From the human T2T-CHM13v2.0 reference genome, Homo sapiens, in the NCBI RefSeq assembly GCF_009914755.1, contig NC_060942.1: a stretch of DNA of 64,000 nucleotides; one strand, 5' to 3'. The translations under genes and the position numbers were made by a program. The notes below the pieces were generated by a model. It ran no database searches. It was not told the origin of the DNA and saw only the letters and a list, made by a program, of their open reading frames with translations. Of this stretch, positions 12,681 through 25,309 are shown piece after piece. The first letter of the stretch is position 1, and every line of letters starts with the position of its first letter.

Positions 12681-13035
12681 TGCTGTGGTCTGAATATTGG
12701 TGTCCCCCCAGATTCATGTGATGAAATCCAATCACCAAAGCACTGGTATCAAAAGGTAGGGGCTTTGGGAGGTGAAGGTTCCACCCTCATGAATGGAATT
12801 GATATCCTCTTATAGAAGAGGCCCAAGGAAGCTTGTTAACCACTTTCCCCTTCCACCCTATGAGGACACATACACAGTGCTACCTATAAGGAACAAGACC
12901 TCACCAGACACTGAATCTGCCGTTACCTTGATCTTGGCCTTCCCAGCCTTCAGAACAGTGAGCAATACATTTCTATTGTTTATGAATTACCCAGTCTAAA
13001 GTATTTTGTTATAGCAGTCTGAATGAACTAAGACA
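12681..13035 (+). mobile_element. MaLR solo LTR (MLT1A/MST-like)
   Basis: TG...CA ends; tgtggtctgaat...ccctcatgaatgg...ccttgatcttggccttcccagccttcagaac...ttttgttatagcag...ctaagaca. Confidence 0.85.
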
Positions 13036-13109
13036 GCCTGTCATTGGCAAGGATGCCTTTGTCAACTTCCAAGAGCATGAGAAGGAGGGGTGGGCACATG
13101 TCTTCAGAG

Positions 13110-13400
13110 AGCACTAGACCAAGAGGCTGATTCCCAGGATCTTGCTCTGTGTATCAGCTCCAGCCAGTATGTGGCTTTGGTTGGGTTACTGCACCTCTCT
13201 GAGCCTCACTTTCCCAATGTGTAAAACAGGTACAACAACATTCTATGCTCTCTGGGCTTTTGGGAGGATTAGATGGAATCAAGGAAGTAAAAGTGTTCTG
13301 AGTTATCATCTGTTGAAAACCTGTGAGGGCAGTGCTTAACCTGGCCCCTCATGTTCTATCCCTCACACGGTATGTAGCACAGAGTGGCCGTCATTACTGG
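13110..13400 (+). mobile_element. MIR SINE
   Basis: cctctctgagcctcactttcccaatgtgtaaaacagg...gaggattagatgg. Confidence 0.65.
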
Positions 13401-14078
13401 CTAAGCAGACCTGAAGGACCATTTTTACCAATTCATTGATTTACAAGTAGAAATATGTAAGTTACACAGAAAGGTTGCTCACATCCTCTGTGTTTTTGCT
13501 CTTTGGCTGTTATAAATAATGCTGTAATGAACCCTTGTATACAAGCATTTATGTGGACGTATGTCTTCACTTCTCTTGCATATATTCTTTTTAAAAATTC
13601 CATTTTGTTTTTAAGGCAGGAAACTTAAATGTGGTGCTTTTAAAATTGTGATTGTTCAATTATAGCCCTGAGAACAGTATAAGCCAACAAAGAGTGGTGG
13701 CCTTTGGGGCGGGCAAGGTGCGAGAGAAGTACTGAGTCGGCTGGGCGTGGTCCTTTTGTTTTTAAAAACAGAAAAAGTGATGAAGCTCCAGGAGTGAGGA
13801 AGGCTGATCACTGCTTGTTCTTCTTTTCACATGGCAGCAAAGAGGCCTTCTTGAGCGTAGCTGGCTCATTATAGATTAATACGCTGATGACAGCAAAGAA
13901 CCTGAGTGCTCATCTTGATCTATATCCCTTATATACACACATAACCCATGCCACTACCTCTCTGGGATATTTTCTCATATATATGTGTGAAATACATATT
14001 ATATATTTTATCATAGTATGTAATATGCAATATAAAAATTATAATGTATATTTTTAGTGATATATAATGTGATGCAAT

Positions 14079-14082
<4 letters not shown>

Positions 14083-14120
<38 letters not shown>
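14083..14120. repeat. (CA)19 microsatellite
   Basis: Pure CA run. Confidence 0.97.
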
Positions 14121-14123
<3 letters not shown>

Positions 14124-14469
14124 GAAAATACCCCAGAGAGGAAAAGGGACATGTCCAAGGTCACACAGCTAGCAACTGTCGGGCCAGGACTACAGTCCAT
14201 TTTTCCACGACTTTAGTCCAGTGCTCTTTCCCTGACATCCATTACTGCTTGTTTGATGTGACATTGTGTGATCCGTTTGAGCCTTTCCCTTCCCTTATGT
14301 CACAAAAGGCTTTGTGCAGAGTGGAAAGGAATTTTCTATCTTTCTGATTTTTAAGGCTTTAACAAATATGTTCCACTTTTCAGATTATCTGAACTAGAAC
14401 CACAGTGAGTTTCCATCAGCTGCAGAAAACCAAAGGTTTACACATAGCAGCATCTTTTGTTTCACATCT

Positions 14470-14590
14470 GCTGAGAGGCGTGTTTGCCTGAGCTGAAGCT
14501 GTGGCCAACGGTGACGCAAGTTAGACGCTTAAGCTGGCAAGGCCATAGGAAAGTTCTCCTTGGTTAGACGTTGCTAAGTCATGACAATGA
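14470..14590. promoter_or_regulatory. Candidate bZIP-type enhancer (C/EBP-ATF site plus ARE)
   Basis: TGACGCAA at 14512-14519, TGCTAAGTCAT (ARE ATGACTTAGCA on the minus strand) at 14572-14582 and five retained CpGs; motif evidence only. Confidence 0.35.
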
Positions 14591-15299
14591 AGTGAAAATC
14601 TTCGAGGATAGTTTTGTTGGGAGGGGGCCATGAGGGTGCAGGGTGCAGAATCCAGTGCTTCTCGGAGCTGCTCAGTGAAAATCCTCTAAGACCAGAGCTG
14701 CAGCAGGCCCCAGCCCAGCCAGGAAAGCCCCAGAGTAGTTGAGGGAGCTATGTGTGTCTCCTTCCTCTCTCCCCTAGGGGGCTGGCCTAGGGTGTGTTCT
14801 GTCCTCTGCAGCTTCCCTCCTCCCTCTACCCACCTTTTGGAATGGTACTGGTAGAATAGAGTAAGACATTGCATAAGGTGAATCTGCATGCTTATTGGGG
14901 GTGTCGAATAGAATGAAGAAAACTAGTTAGTTCACAAAGTTCCCTAATTCTGTTCCCACCTTTAAAGAAACGTCTCTGACATTAACTGCAAGATGAGTGG
15001 CAAGTCCTCCTTTTGTGCCACCTACTAAGATTGGAACCTGAGAAGGCCTCCTGTGTGCCGGGGTTACTTGACCCATACATGCTCTCAGAATGGAACTTAT
15101 CACTTACGGATCTTACTGTTGATCTTCCCCAAACAAATATACTCCATGCAGAATTTTAACTCTTAGTCATCATAAAAACACTGGAGATTTTAGTAAAAAA
15201 ACACAAAAACATAAAATCATAAGAAAAGGTTAGCCAAATAATTACGGATTCCATTAGGAATTGTTCTAGAGTCTGGCCAGCAACTATCAGTCAAAGACA

Positions 15300-15485
15300 T
15301 TTCAATTTAAGGTGGGAATATTCGTAACTGTATTGGGATACCTGAGCAATTTCTAAAAAGAACTGGTGCCTGGACCCTGTGGCAGCCCAGTGGGATCTGA
15401 CTTGCTGAAGGTAGAGTGGGCATTGGTGTCCTTTAAAAGTTTTTCCAGGTGATCCTACCAGGTGACCAGGGCTGAGAACCACTGA
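15300..15485. mobile_element. MER5-family MITE; its end is part of the donor of a local duplication
   Basis: Ends ...tttaaaagtttttccaggtgatcc...cagggctgagaaccactg, the MER5A1/B-like terminus. Confidence 0.65.
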
Positions 15486-15550
15486 GCTAAGGCAAGCCCC
15501 AGTGCCCTTGGGGTATCCATAGCTGGGGCCTTGCTCTGTGTGAAGGCTTT
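15421..15550 (+). repeat. Copy 1 (donor) of an exact 130-bp dispersed direct repeat
   Basis: Identical to 16554-16683 by direct comparison. Confidence 0.97.
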
Positions 15551-16109
15551 CCTTGTGGGATCATATTTCTACCTTATTAGCAGGGAGGTTTTGATATCCC
15601 CTGCATACAGAGGCAGAAACTGAACTTCCCTGGTTTAGGTAACTTACGTTCTCCTCTCTTCCCTCCCGCAATCTGCTCCCTGAGGGTTTGGGCAGTGCTG
15701 GCCACTGACCCAGGCCTCTCTGACCTCCTGGGCTTTCCTGTCTCTTGGTCCTGCCCTCCTGTAGGGATTCTCTCAGTCTACAAGCTTTTCTGGACTAGCC
15801 CCAGGTCAGCCATCTGCTGAGGTGTTGCCTGCTTGGGGTGTTGGTGACATATCCCCTGGGATGTTGGTTCATATCCAGACCTGGCCTCTTACTGCTCTGT
15901 GACCTCAGGTGACCTCTCCAGGTGTCTGCTTCCTTATCCATAAATCAGGGATTGTAGTGTTCTCCTTATGGAGTTGATAAAATGAATTAAATGAGGTGAA
16001 AGTGTGAAAGACTTGGCCCAGCAGCTGACACCTAAAAGGAGGCAAGTTGTTGCTATTGTAGAATAGTATGCATGCATATGGCCTGACCCCATGCTAGGTT
16101 CCAAATGCC

Positions 16110-16230
16110 TGCAGGGCAGATTTTCAAATGCCAGTGTGCAGATGTATCACTTGGGGACTCAGATTTGGTAGGTCTCGGGCGGGGCCTGAGATCCTGAATT
16201 TCTGACAAGCCCCTAGGTGATGTCAAGGCC
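16110..16230 (-). mobile_element. MER5A fragment
   Basis: tcagatttggtaggtctcgggcggggcctgagatcctgaatttctgacaagcccctaggtgatg. Confidence 0.7.
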
Positions 16231-16553
16231 TGAGTCATCAGTTCGTGCAATTCTCATGCACCCAGTTCAGTGGCTATTGGGGGGCTCAAGGGAAATGCAC
16301 TGGGTAGCTGAGCAGTTGTGTGCTTGCGGTATTGTTCCTCCATCCTTGGACCTGAGGGCTGCCATGCTTGCTGTTCTTATGGTGTGACTATGAGTGCTTT
16401 TAGCTTTCGTCGCTAGAATTTTTTTTCAGTCCTTTTGGTTAGCAATTACTAGAAGTGTAAAATCAGTTACACATTTATACTCTGATATGAAACCAATGAT
16501 CTAATAGATGATAATACCACTAATGCTCTCTTCATATTCTGACTTTTGTGAGT

Positions 16554-16683
16554 CATTGGTGTCCTTTAAAAGTTTTTCCAGGTGATCCTACCAGGTGACC
16601 AGGGCTGAGAACCACTGAGCTAAGGCAAGCCCCAGTGCCCTTGGGGTATCCATAGCTGGGGCCTTGCTCTGTGTGAAGGCTTT
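16554..16683 (+). repeat. Copy 2 (inserted) of an exact 130-bp dispersed direct repeat
   Basis: Identical to 15421-15550; contains only the tail of the MER5 plus its unique flank. Confidence 0.97.
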
Positions 16684-17649
16684 ACTTCATTCCTTATTTA
16701 TAAAACATCAGCCCCCGTGAGGTAGAAAGAGAAATGGACATGTGGCTGAAAGTTCAGGGTTAAATCCCTGTCTCTTCCATTTAGTAGCTATTTTCTTTGA
16801 TTTCTCCAGCCCTGAATTTGTGCATCTGTAAGATGGGCCTCACAACACTTCACAGCACTGGGTTATTAAATGGAAATGTTGAAGAGGTTCGATTCCACCA
16901 ATTTGTCTAGTTATATTAACATTTACAATTGCAGAAGGATTTATTTCAAAGATCAAATCATATTTTAAAGCTATGGAGATATTCTTCTTTCCTTTCCACT
17001 TTCTTTGGAGGTAGAGGTAAGTGTCAGGCTCGTATGAGCCAAATTGATAGTCATGGAAGGCTTGCAGGATGCAATTTAAATTTTCAGGTTTTTATTTTTT
17101 GGCCTACATTATTTTATGGGTGTGTGACATCTCAAGGTAGGATTTCTTGAATATATAAAATACAGGTGGAAATAGGATAACAACAACAACAAAAAACAGA
17201 AATGGAATAAAGCTAAGGACCAATGTTTATAGAACTCAGGATGAACAAAGAATTTATGCTTCGTAAGTTTCCCAAAGAGCTAGCTGTGAGGACATGTTTA
17301 TATGACTGTGAACATACCAAAATATGGAACAGATGTGATTCTTGTCCACATGGAGGAATAAGTCTTGTTTGTGGCTGTAAGGTTCATGTATACTGGGAAT
17401 TGCATAATAATTATTTTCCTTTTTTTCCCCCTTTGTCGGTTAAATGAAGTGAGGCTCTGTTTCTATTTAAAACATGGCATTTCAAGTTTGCCTGTGGGTT
17501 CCAGAAGTTGAATCAGCTGCTCAGTGGTCTGTGCCCAGCAGTGCTAAGCACTTAGTAGGTTTTTGATAATGGTGAGGTGTCAAATTCATTTCAGTAGTGT
17601 GGACTTTGATGAGCTTTGATCTGCCCTAAGTTCACATTGTGGCCTTGCC

Positions 17650-17697
17650 TGTTTTTTGTTTTTGTTTTTGTTTTTTTGTTTTTGTTTTTGTTTTTTT
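17650..17697. repeat. (TTTTTG)n simple repeat
   Basis: gttttttgtttttgtttttgtttttttgtttttgtttttgttttttt. Confidence 0.9.
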
Positions 17698-19069
17698 AAA
17701 GCAAGGTGGCACCTGCAGATGCTTTTAGAGGCAATGAGAAATGGGACCAGTTTTCATGGAATGCTCATCATGCTGGTGCTGGGTCACCTGTCACACTGAT
17801 ATGGCATTGAATAGGCATTGCTGCTACAAATACAGCTGCTGAAATGTGGCCTGCCACAAAGATACTGATTTGAGCTGAGTCAGACAGCTCACAAATATAC
17901 TGGTCCTCTTGCCTTGTTTTATTACTCTTACGTTTTTGAGAGCTAGATTTTATACCTTGTAAGAGTTTTCCTCTCAGCGTTTATGGGCCTCAAAACAGCC
18001 TTGGCATGTGCGGGAATGAGGATGGCGCATTTGGGTCCGGACCTTCTGGCATAGGATTAGGAGTGGTTGGGGGTGGGGAGAGAGGGATGCAAATGCCTTT
18101 TACAGGTGACATTTAAACGGGGTGTGTTTGGGTTAGCAAACTCTTTTTGAAAATCTGCCCCCCGCCCTGAGCCTATCAGTCATATTCACTTTAGAATGAA
18201 TGAATTTGATCTGAGATGAGCTGCCCTTGGGGACTGGGAGCTCTTATATTTGGAAGGTTATTGCGGAATTTTGGAATTATTGATAGTGCATATTCTGGCG
18301 GGCAGCTTGAGTCAGAACAGTCTATAAACCACTTTCATGGACTGGTAAAGAGAAGAGGCTGTTGGCAGGAGCCCATATTAGTGGCAGGCCCCACTAGGGT
18401 ACTCTCTGTGTGTGATCAGACCATGTGTGTGTTCTCACCTGGCTTACCACGTCACCCATCTGTCCACCTGCTTACCTACGCATCCGCCCTCCAGTAAACG
18501 TTGACCAGGTGCACCTGCTTCTGTGCCTGCTGTGGGATGAAGTCATGCCTGAGACCAGTGCTGTGCACAGAGAAGGGCTTCAGGGTCCATTAGTATACAG
18601 TGTAATCGCATCATGTGTCTGGACCAACTGATCAGTGGTAAAGATATGCCTGCTGTCCTCTGCTTTCCCTGTCAGTCTTTGCTCACCTCTCAGTTTCCTC
18701 CTCCAAGGACTACTCTAGTTCCCCTTTCCCCACCACATAGGAATGTGGTCCAGAGTCACATGTGAAGCTTTTTAAACAGACAAATGTAGAGCTGGCTTGA
18801 GAGGGCTTTATAAGGCCACAGAGCTTTTTTGGGTGATTCCAACCTGCAGCCATATTAAAAAGTAGTACTTTACAAATTCTCTTTTTGCTCCAGTCTCTAC
18901 CAATTCATTGATCCTCCCTCATATACATTTCCCCACCAACATGCTCCCTGCTGTCTGCCGGTGCTTGTGAGCACTAATGATGGTGGTAACAGCCCTGCTG
19001 CTTTGGTTGCACATCTGCCAGGGACTCTGCACCTTGTTATGACCCTCACACTCACGATTTCAGTTTAAC

Positions 19070-19250
19070 CCAAGTCTAACAGGCTTGCAAAATAGGTGTC
19101 ATCACTCCATTTTATAGATAAGAAAACTGAGGTTCAAAAAGGTTCCCAGATATCAAAGACTTGAGCGTAAGCGATGGAGTAAGAATTTGAATTGAAGTTT
19201 GTCTGACTCCGAAGACACATTTTCCTATATGTTAGGCTGCTTCTCTAAAC
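19070..19250 (-). mobile_element. MIR SINE
   Basis: ccattttatagataagaaaactgaggttca...atttgaa...gtctgactcc. Confidence 0.75.
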
Positions 19251-19299
19251 TCTACTGTGAGCTTCTGCAGACACCCTACACGAATCCATCCAATGTAGA

Positions 19300-19470
19300 G
19301 TAGGATACAGAGTGTGCATTCCTGAGCTGCCTGGGTTTGAATCCTGGTTCTGTCAGTCAGTGGTTGGGACTTTGAATATCCTACTTAACTTCTGTGCCTC
19401 AGTGTCCTCATCTGAAAAATAGTGATACTTATAATAATACTTGTAGGGTTGTGGTGAACTGAGTGAGAGC
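19300..19470 (+). mobile_element. MIR SINE
   Basis: ctgggtttgaatcctggttctg...acttaacttctgtgcctcagtgtcctcatctgaaaaatag. Confidence 0.8.
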
Positions 19471-20959
19471 TAGTAGATGATCAATGATTGTTACATAGTT
19501 TTCAAGCTGCACAATCCTTTCTCATATGATATAGGGAGTACAGATGTAAGGTAGATAGATGATATTGGAACTGTTTGACTGAGGCTCAGGAGCGTGTGGC
19601 CTTGGCTGCTCAACTTCCTGTGGGCGGAGACCCCTGTGCCCCTGAGACCGCCTTCCAGAGCCCTTGGGGCTACACTGGATGACAGCTTCTCCAGGTGCCA
19701 CATTAGCATGAATCCTCTGTCCTGTCCATTCACCAGTCTTTCAAACTAATAACAGAATTTACTTGTTAATTATTAAGGTCAGCTGTGGAGGAAAGAAAAG
19801 GCTGAAGTGTATGCAAGAATGTGGTGATATTAATGTGGAATCTTCACAATGGTCTTGATCATAAAGAGGGGTGTCCATCAACCTGGTGAGACACAGTCTC
19901 AGTTAGTGGGGTGTGTAGGGCAGGTCCTGCATTGGTGGGCAGATCTGCATGCCCCACGGGGAGGAGTGTTTGAGAAGCTAAGGGGTTAATGCCCTGAGGT
20001 GGCAGTGGTGTGGGCCAGGCTAATGGGTGTTATAGGGCAGCTGAAGGAGGTGTGAAGGGCATGGGGGGGTACAGGGGAAGGGCTGTCTCATGGCACTGAG
20101 TGGGAAGATGCCTTCTAGAGACTTCTTGGCAAACAGAGGTAGCTCCATCACCGAGGAATGAAGCTGAAGACCAATGTAGTGAGTTGGCTCATACCCAGGA
20201 CATAGTGCCAGTGGTTACTTGGAGCAGGGGTTGGACAGCCAGTGATGGGCACAAGCACAGCCAAGGAGTTGGCAGGAAGGAGCCAGGGGTAGAAGCATTG
20301 GGATCTGGCCAGGGCTAAAGAGTATTCCCATCAAGGGAAGCGCAAGGATGTCTAGCGCCCAGGAGCCAAGCCTGGAGCATGTGGTGGATCACCTCCCAGG
20401 AGCAGATGGGCCGCATGACTCTACCATGAATGGGTTGATTTATGGCTGTGTGAATAAGTGTGTGAGCAATGACTGAGGCAAGTGGTCACAATGGCGATAG
20501 GTTGACCAGGTCATGGAATCACTCATTATTATTGCGAGGAGGGGCTCACTCCCCCTGCTGGGGAGCTGGGTCTGAGAGCATCAGTGACTCCACAGGTAAA
20601 AGGCAGGACAAAGACTTGAACTGGGGCCTTTGGACTCTGGACCAGTGCTTCTCACCGGGCTGAGTCTTGCGGCCCGGCAAATTCCTTCCCTTTCCAGGAG
20701 GAGACCACCAGAACCACCATCCTCTGCTAACCATGGGAAACCTTCTTGGGGGGGTAATTCTCCTTGAGCAGGGTGAAGGGGCATGCACATCTCCTTCAGC
20801 ACCTGCCTTGTAAGAATTAAGCTGCTGGTCTGAAGCATGCAGGCGTGATATCCATGTAGAGAAAAGAAACAGCTCTTCTAAGACTGATAGCACAGTCTAG
20901 GAGTTCGAGGCAGCGGAAGCTCTTCATCCATGCTGTTGGCTGTCATGTCTGATCACCCT

Positions 20960-21236
20960 TCCTCACCTTCCTCACCTGGCTAGCTCGTTGCTGTCTTGCA
21001 CTATTCAACTCAGTGCTCCTTCCCCCAGCAAACCTTTATTTCATCTCCCTGGTCTGGGAGCCCAGGGTTTGTGTTCCCAGGAACCTTCCCGTGTTATTGT
21101 TGATTCATTTCCCCCTCTACTGGGCTCAGAGCCCATTGACTTTTTCTCTCATGTCTGTGTTCTCAGTGCCAGGCATTATGCCCATTTCAGGGCCTGGTAT
21201 ACAGTAGGTACTCAATAAATGTTTAGTGAATGAATA
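20960..21236 (+). mobile_element. L2 LINE 3' end
   Basis: gggcctggtatacagtaggtactcaataaatgtttagtgaatgaat is the L2 terminus. Confidence 0.7.
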
Positions 21237-21577
21237 AAGAAGACATAGTTTGCAGTGAGTCTTTAGGGCTGACCGTCAGATACAGACTTTGGTATGTGGA
21301 AAAGCTAGAGCTTTGGCCCCAGAGCTCTGGGGGTGTGGCCTGGGTGGTTGCTCTGGCAGCACAGTGGCAGCTTGGGGAAGAAGCACTGCCCTGAAGGTGG
21401 CTTTGGGGTGGCTTATTCCACTCTTAACCGTCCCTTCTGCCCCTCTGTTGACCTAATATGTTGCTGTTGGAGAAAACAGGGCAATAATGCCCATGAGAGG
21501 AGATGATCAGAAGACAGGGCGTTGCCCGGGTGTCCCATGCCTGTCATGATGCTGTGAACCTCCCGGAAGTAGAAGGG

Positions 21578-22832
21578 CTTTACAAGCTGTAATTCACATA
21601 CTATACAATTCACTCACCTAAAGTGTCTGATTCAGTGGTATTTAATATTGTCACAGAGTTATGCAACCATCACTACAATTTTAGGACATTTTCATCATCC
21701 TCAAAAAAAACACCACACCTATTCACAGTCACACCTAATTTCCCCCCTGCCGTCTCCAATCCCTGGTAACCATGAATCCACTTTCTGTCTCTGTGGATTT
21801 GCCTATTCTAGATATTTCATTTTAAATAAAATCATATATAGCCTTTTGTGTCTGGCTTCGTTCACTTAGCATAACTTCTCAAGGTTCATCCATGTTGTAG
21901 TATTCATTGGTACTCCATTCCTTTTTGTGGCTAATATTCCATTGTATGGATACACTACATGTTGTTTGTCTATTCACCAGCAGATAGACATTTGAGTTGT
22001 TTCTATTATGAATAATGCTGGTATGAACATTTATGTACAAGTTTTTGTGTCAACATGTGTTTTTACATTGCCTAGGCATGTACCTAGAATGGGATGGTTA
22101 GATCAGTTAGTAACTCGACATTTAGCGTTTTAAGGAACTGCCACATGATTTTCCAAAGCAGCTGCCCCATTCACATTCCCACTGGTAATGTATGAGATTT
22201 CCAGTTTTTCCACATTCTTACCAATGTGGTAAGAATTTGTTTTTGTCTGTCTCGTTGATTATAGCTGTTTTTAGTGAGTTTGAAATTACATCTCAGCATG
22301 ATTTTGATTTGCATTTCCCATGTGGCTAATGACATTGAGCATCTTCTCATGTGCCTATTGGGCATTTGTATATCACCTTTGGAGAAATGTTCTTCAAATC
22401 CTTGGCCACTTAAAAAATAGGGTTATTTGGCTTTTTTTTAATTGTTAAATTTTGTAGGAGTTCTTTATATATTCTGGATACAAGTCCCTTATCAGATATA
22501 CGCTTTGCAAATATTTTCTCCCATTCTGTGGGTTGCCTTTTTGTGTTCTTGATGATGTTCTTTTAAACAGAAAGTTTTTAATTTTGATGCAATCTAATTT
22601 ACCCAGTTTTTTCTTCTTTTTGCTTGTAATTTTAGTTTTATATCTAAGAAATAATTGCCTAATCCAAGGCCATGAAGATTTACTTCAATTTTTCTCTAAG
22701 ACTTTTATCATTTTAGCTCTTACATTTAGGTCTCTGATCCATTTTGTATTTAGTGTGAGGTAGGGGTCCAATTTAATTTTTTTTGCATATGGATACCCAG
22801 TTGTTGTAGCACCATTTGTTGAAAAGACCATC
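21578..22832 (-). mobile_element. L1 (L1MB-like) 3' end with ORF2 C-terminal remnant
   Basis: ORF 22171..22365(-) contains [17 protein letters not shown], similar to L1 ORF2p HMKRCSTSLIIREMQIK; typical L1M 3'UTR at 21580-21900. Confidence 0.9.
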
Positions 22833-25309
22833 CTCATATATTTTTGATGTTAATAAATACATTTTAAATTTCACTTTTAAAACTTTTAAGTGCTTTTGTA
22901 AATTTCTTTGGGATCCGTTGTGAAGAAAATTATCAAAATAATGTAATTCCTCAAAGGGTATCATTTGTTACTATGTGATCCTGAATGAGGAATCAATTGA
23001 TTTCTTATCTGTCTATATTTGAAACTAACATTCATAAAAGGATATTTAACCATTGAATTCTGGCTCTTAAGACAATAAAATCTGGCCTCTAAACACCTTT
23101 TTGTTCCTATTTTTTAGTGGCTGCATTTCATCTTATTTTACTTCATTTATTTTTTATGTTAATTGCCTTATTTGCTTTTTATTTTTGTCAGTATAATATA
23201 GAGTAACCACATTTACAATGTTTGCAGTACAAAATAGAGCAACTGATCCTGTGGGTTTATCTCCACCACCTGGCCTGAGTGGCCCAGGAGAATGCTGTAG
23301 TTATTAATTTTCAAAAAGGGTGAAGAACCAAGATTCTGATTCCTATTTTTAAAATGAAAGCCCCCTAACTTATTCCAGTGCCTTGGCACTCTCCTGCCTC
23401 TAGTCCTAAAACAAGGCCACCATGTGGCCATTTGGGAGATTGACCTGCCCACTGGCTTTTTCTCTTTGGGTAGCTGCTGCTCCAAGCAATGGCGCCTCCC
23501 TTGGCCTTTCTTCTCTCACCTACAACCAGATGCTCCTAAAATAGACTCTTCCTGGTGGCCCATCTGCAGAGCAACAAACCACTGGAGTGGTGAGTAGGAT
23601 TTGAGCCCTTTGTGTAAAGTGTGTGTAAAGTGCTTGCCTAATTATAACCAGAACTGTTTCCCACAATCCCCCATCCCACGCAGGCAGGAAGGGGCGGGGC
23701 TGGAGGGCAGTTAATATTGCTCAGGGTCATTGCTTTAGGGGATGGGTTGCAGGGGATTGAAAAGCTGCTCAAACTCACTGCTCTTTCTTTAGCAAGAACA
23801 AATGTGATGAGGGGATCCGTATGAATGCAAGTCCCTTCTGTATATATGTTCACATCTGCACTTGGAGAACAATTTGAGAAAAAGCTCCTTACCAAGATAA
23901 TTAAAACTACTTTAGTTCCAGTATTTTAAATTAAACTAAAATTTATAGAAATATAGCTTACTCTAAGGGGAAAAAGTGATACCAATTTTAAAACACAAAT
24001 AAAAATGTTGCTGCAATGCATATAATTTAAAATCAGGGTGATTGACAAGTGACAAGGACTAAAATCAGATTTATTCTTGAACAGCTGGGAAAGCTATCCA
24101 TGTGTCTTGGAAAGATATTATGCGATTTTCCCCATGTAAAAGTAAAAATGATTCTGGAGAAGAGTTGCCCAGATGAACCTCTTCTTCCCTTAAAGAGAGA
24201 CTTAAGGTAAAGAGAATTTGCTCTTAAAGCCATTTTATAAAAGTCATAATACTTTTTGCTACAATCATTTCAGGCTTTTTTTGTTTTAATTAAAGGATGT
24301 TTGCTGTTAAATAAAATTAAGGTTAAAAATGTTAGGTATAGAAGTCTAATGTTGAAAATTGTACAAAAAGCCGATATATAATGAAGAATGAATGATAACA
24401 AGAATTTTCTCATCTTCCTAGCAGCATGTTGCAGTGGGTTTCTGGGGCAAGGAGTGGTGGGGATGGAAGCTCACAGAGGTCATATTGTTGCTTTGGAACT
24501 GGTGTCCTAGACACCTACCTGGAGCCTTCACAGGGCCACTGCCCACTGGTGGGCACATGGTGAAACTTCATTCAACAAAAAGACACAACTGAAGATCTGG
24601 CAATGGGCAGGGCCAGAGCAGAGAACTGCACCTTTCCCAGAAACACAGTTGTGTCATTTAGGCACCCTGGTTTTCAGCAAAAGGCATCAGAAATTTGTCA
24701 GAAAGGTGGACTGTTCCTTATATTTTCCAACATAAGACCAATGTTGTTGTCAGGTTGTGTTTGGAAAAAGAACCCTTAAGAAAAGATGCCTTGGTGATGG
24801 GTGGACAGCGATGTCACAACTCCTCAGGGGAACAAGCTCATTTTCCGGGTGCGCAGCTCAGCCTTGCCTGTGTTCAGCTCCATCTCCAGAACATATACAT
24901 GGACACCCCCATGAGTCTGTGGCCCCTCCCAGAGGTTTAATATTTCCTCTAGTAAAAAAGTTGAAAGCATGGCACACTGGATTTGGGACCTAGGAACATG
25001 GCAGTGGGTTCTTTTTTGGGCTGTGAGCTGAGGTCAGGCCTGCTGAAGGGAGGAAGATGCCCATGCTGCTCAGCAGGCCTGGCATGACCATGTCTGCTTT
25101 CCTTGTGGATTGCAAGTTGCTTTTGGAGTTAAGATTAACTGTCCCACACCAGATCTCTATTTATCAAGCACAGCTGCACCCCTCATGTTAGGCAGCCTGG
25201 ATTTATGTGCTTCATTCATGGCAATGCTAAGGGACACTTAGAGTTACCAAAAGACCTATGTTCCCCTTATTCTCCAGAATTCACAATGCCCTACATATAA
25301 CTTAAACAT

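Noticed and set aside
14147-14156. Palindromic p53 half-site GGACATGTCC
   Set aside because: Single half-site inside a MIR fragment with no partner decamer.
19070-19470. Head-to-head MIR pair as a possible miRNA-like hairpin
   Set aside because: Both copies are too diverged to show convincing pairing by eye.
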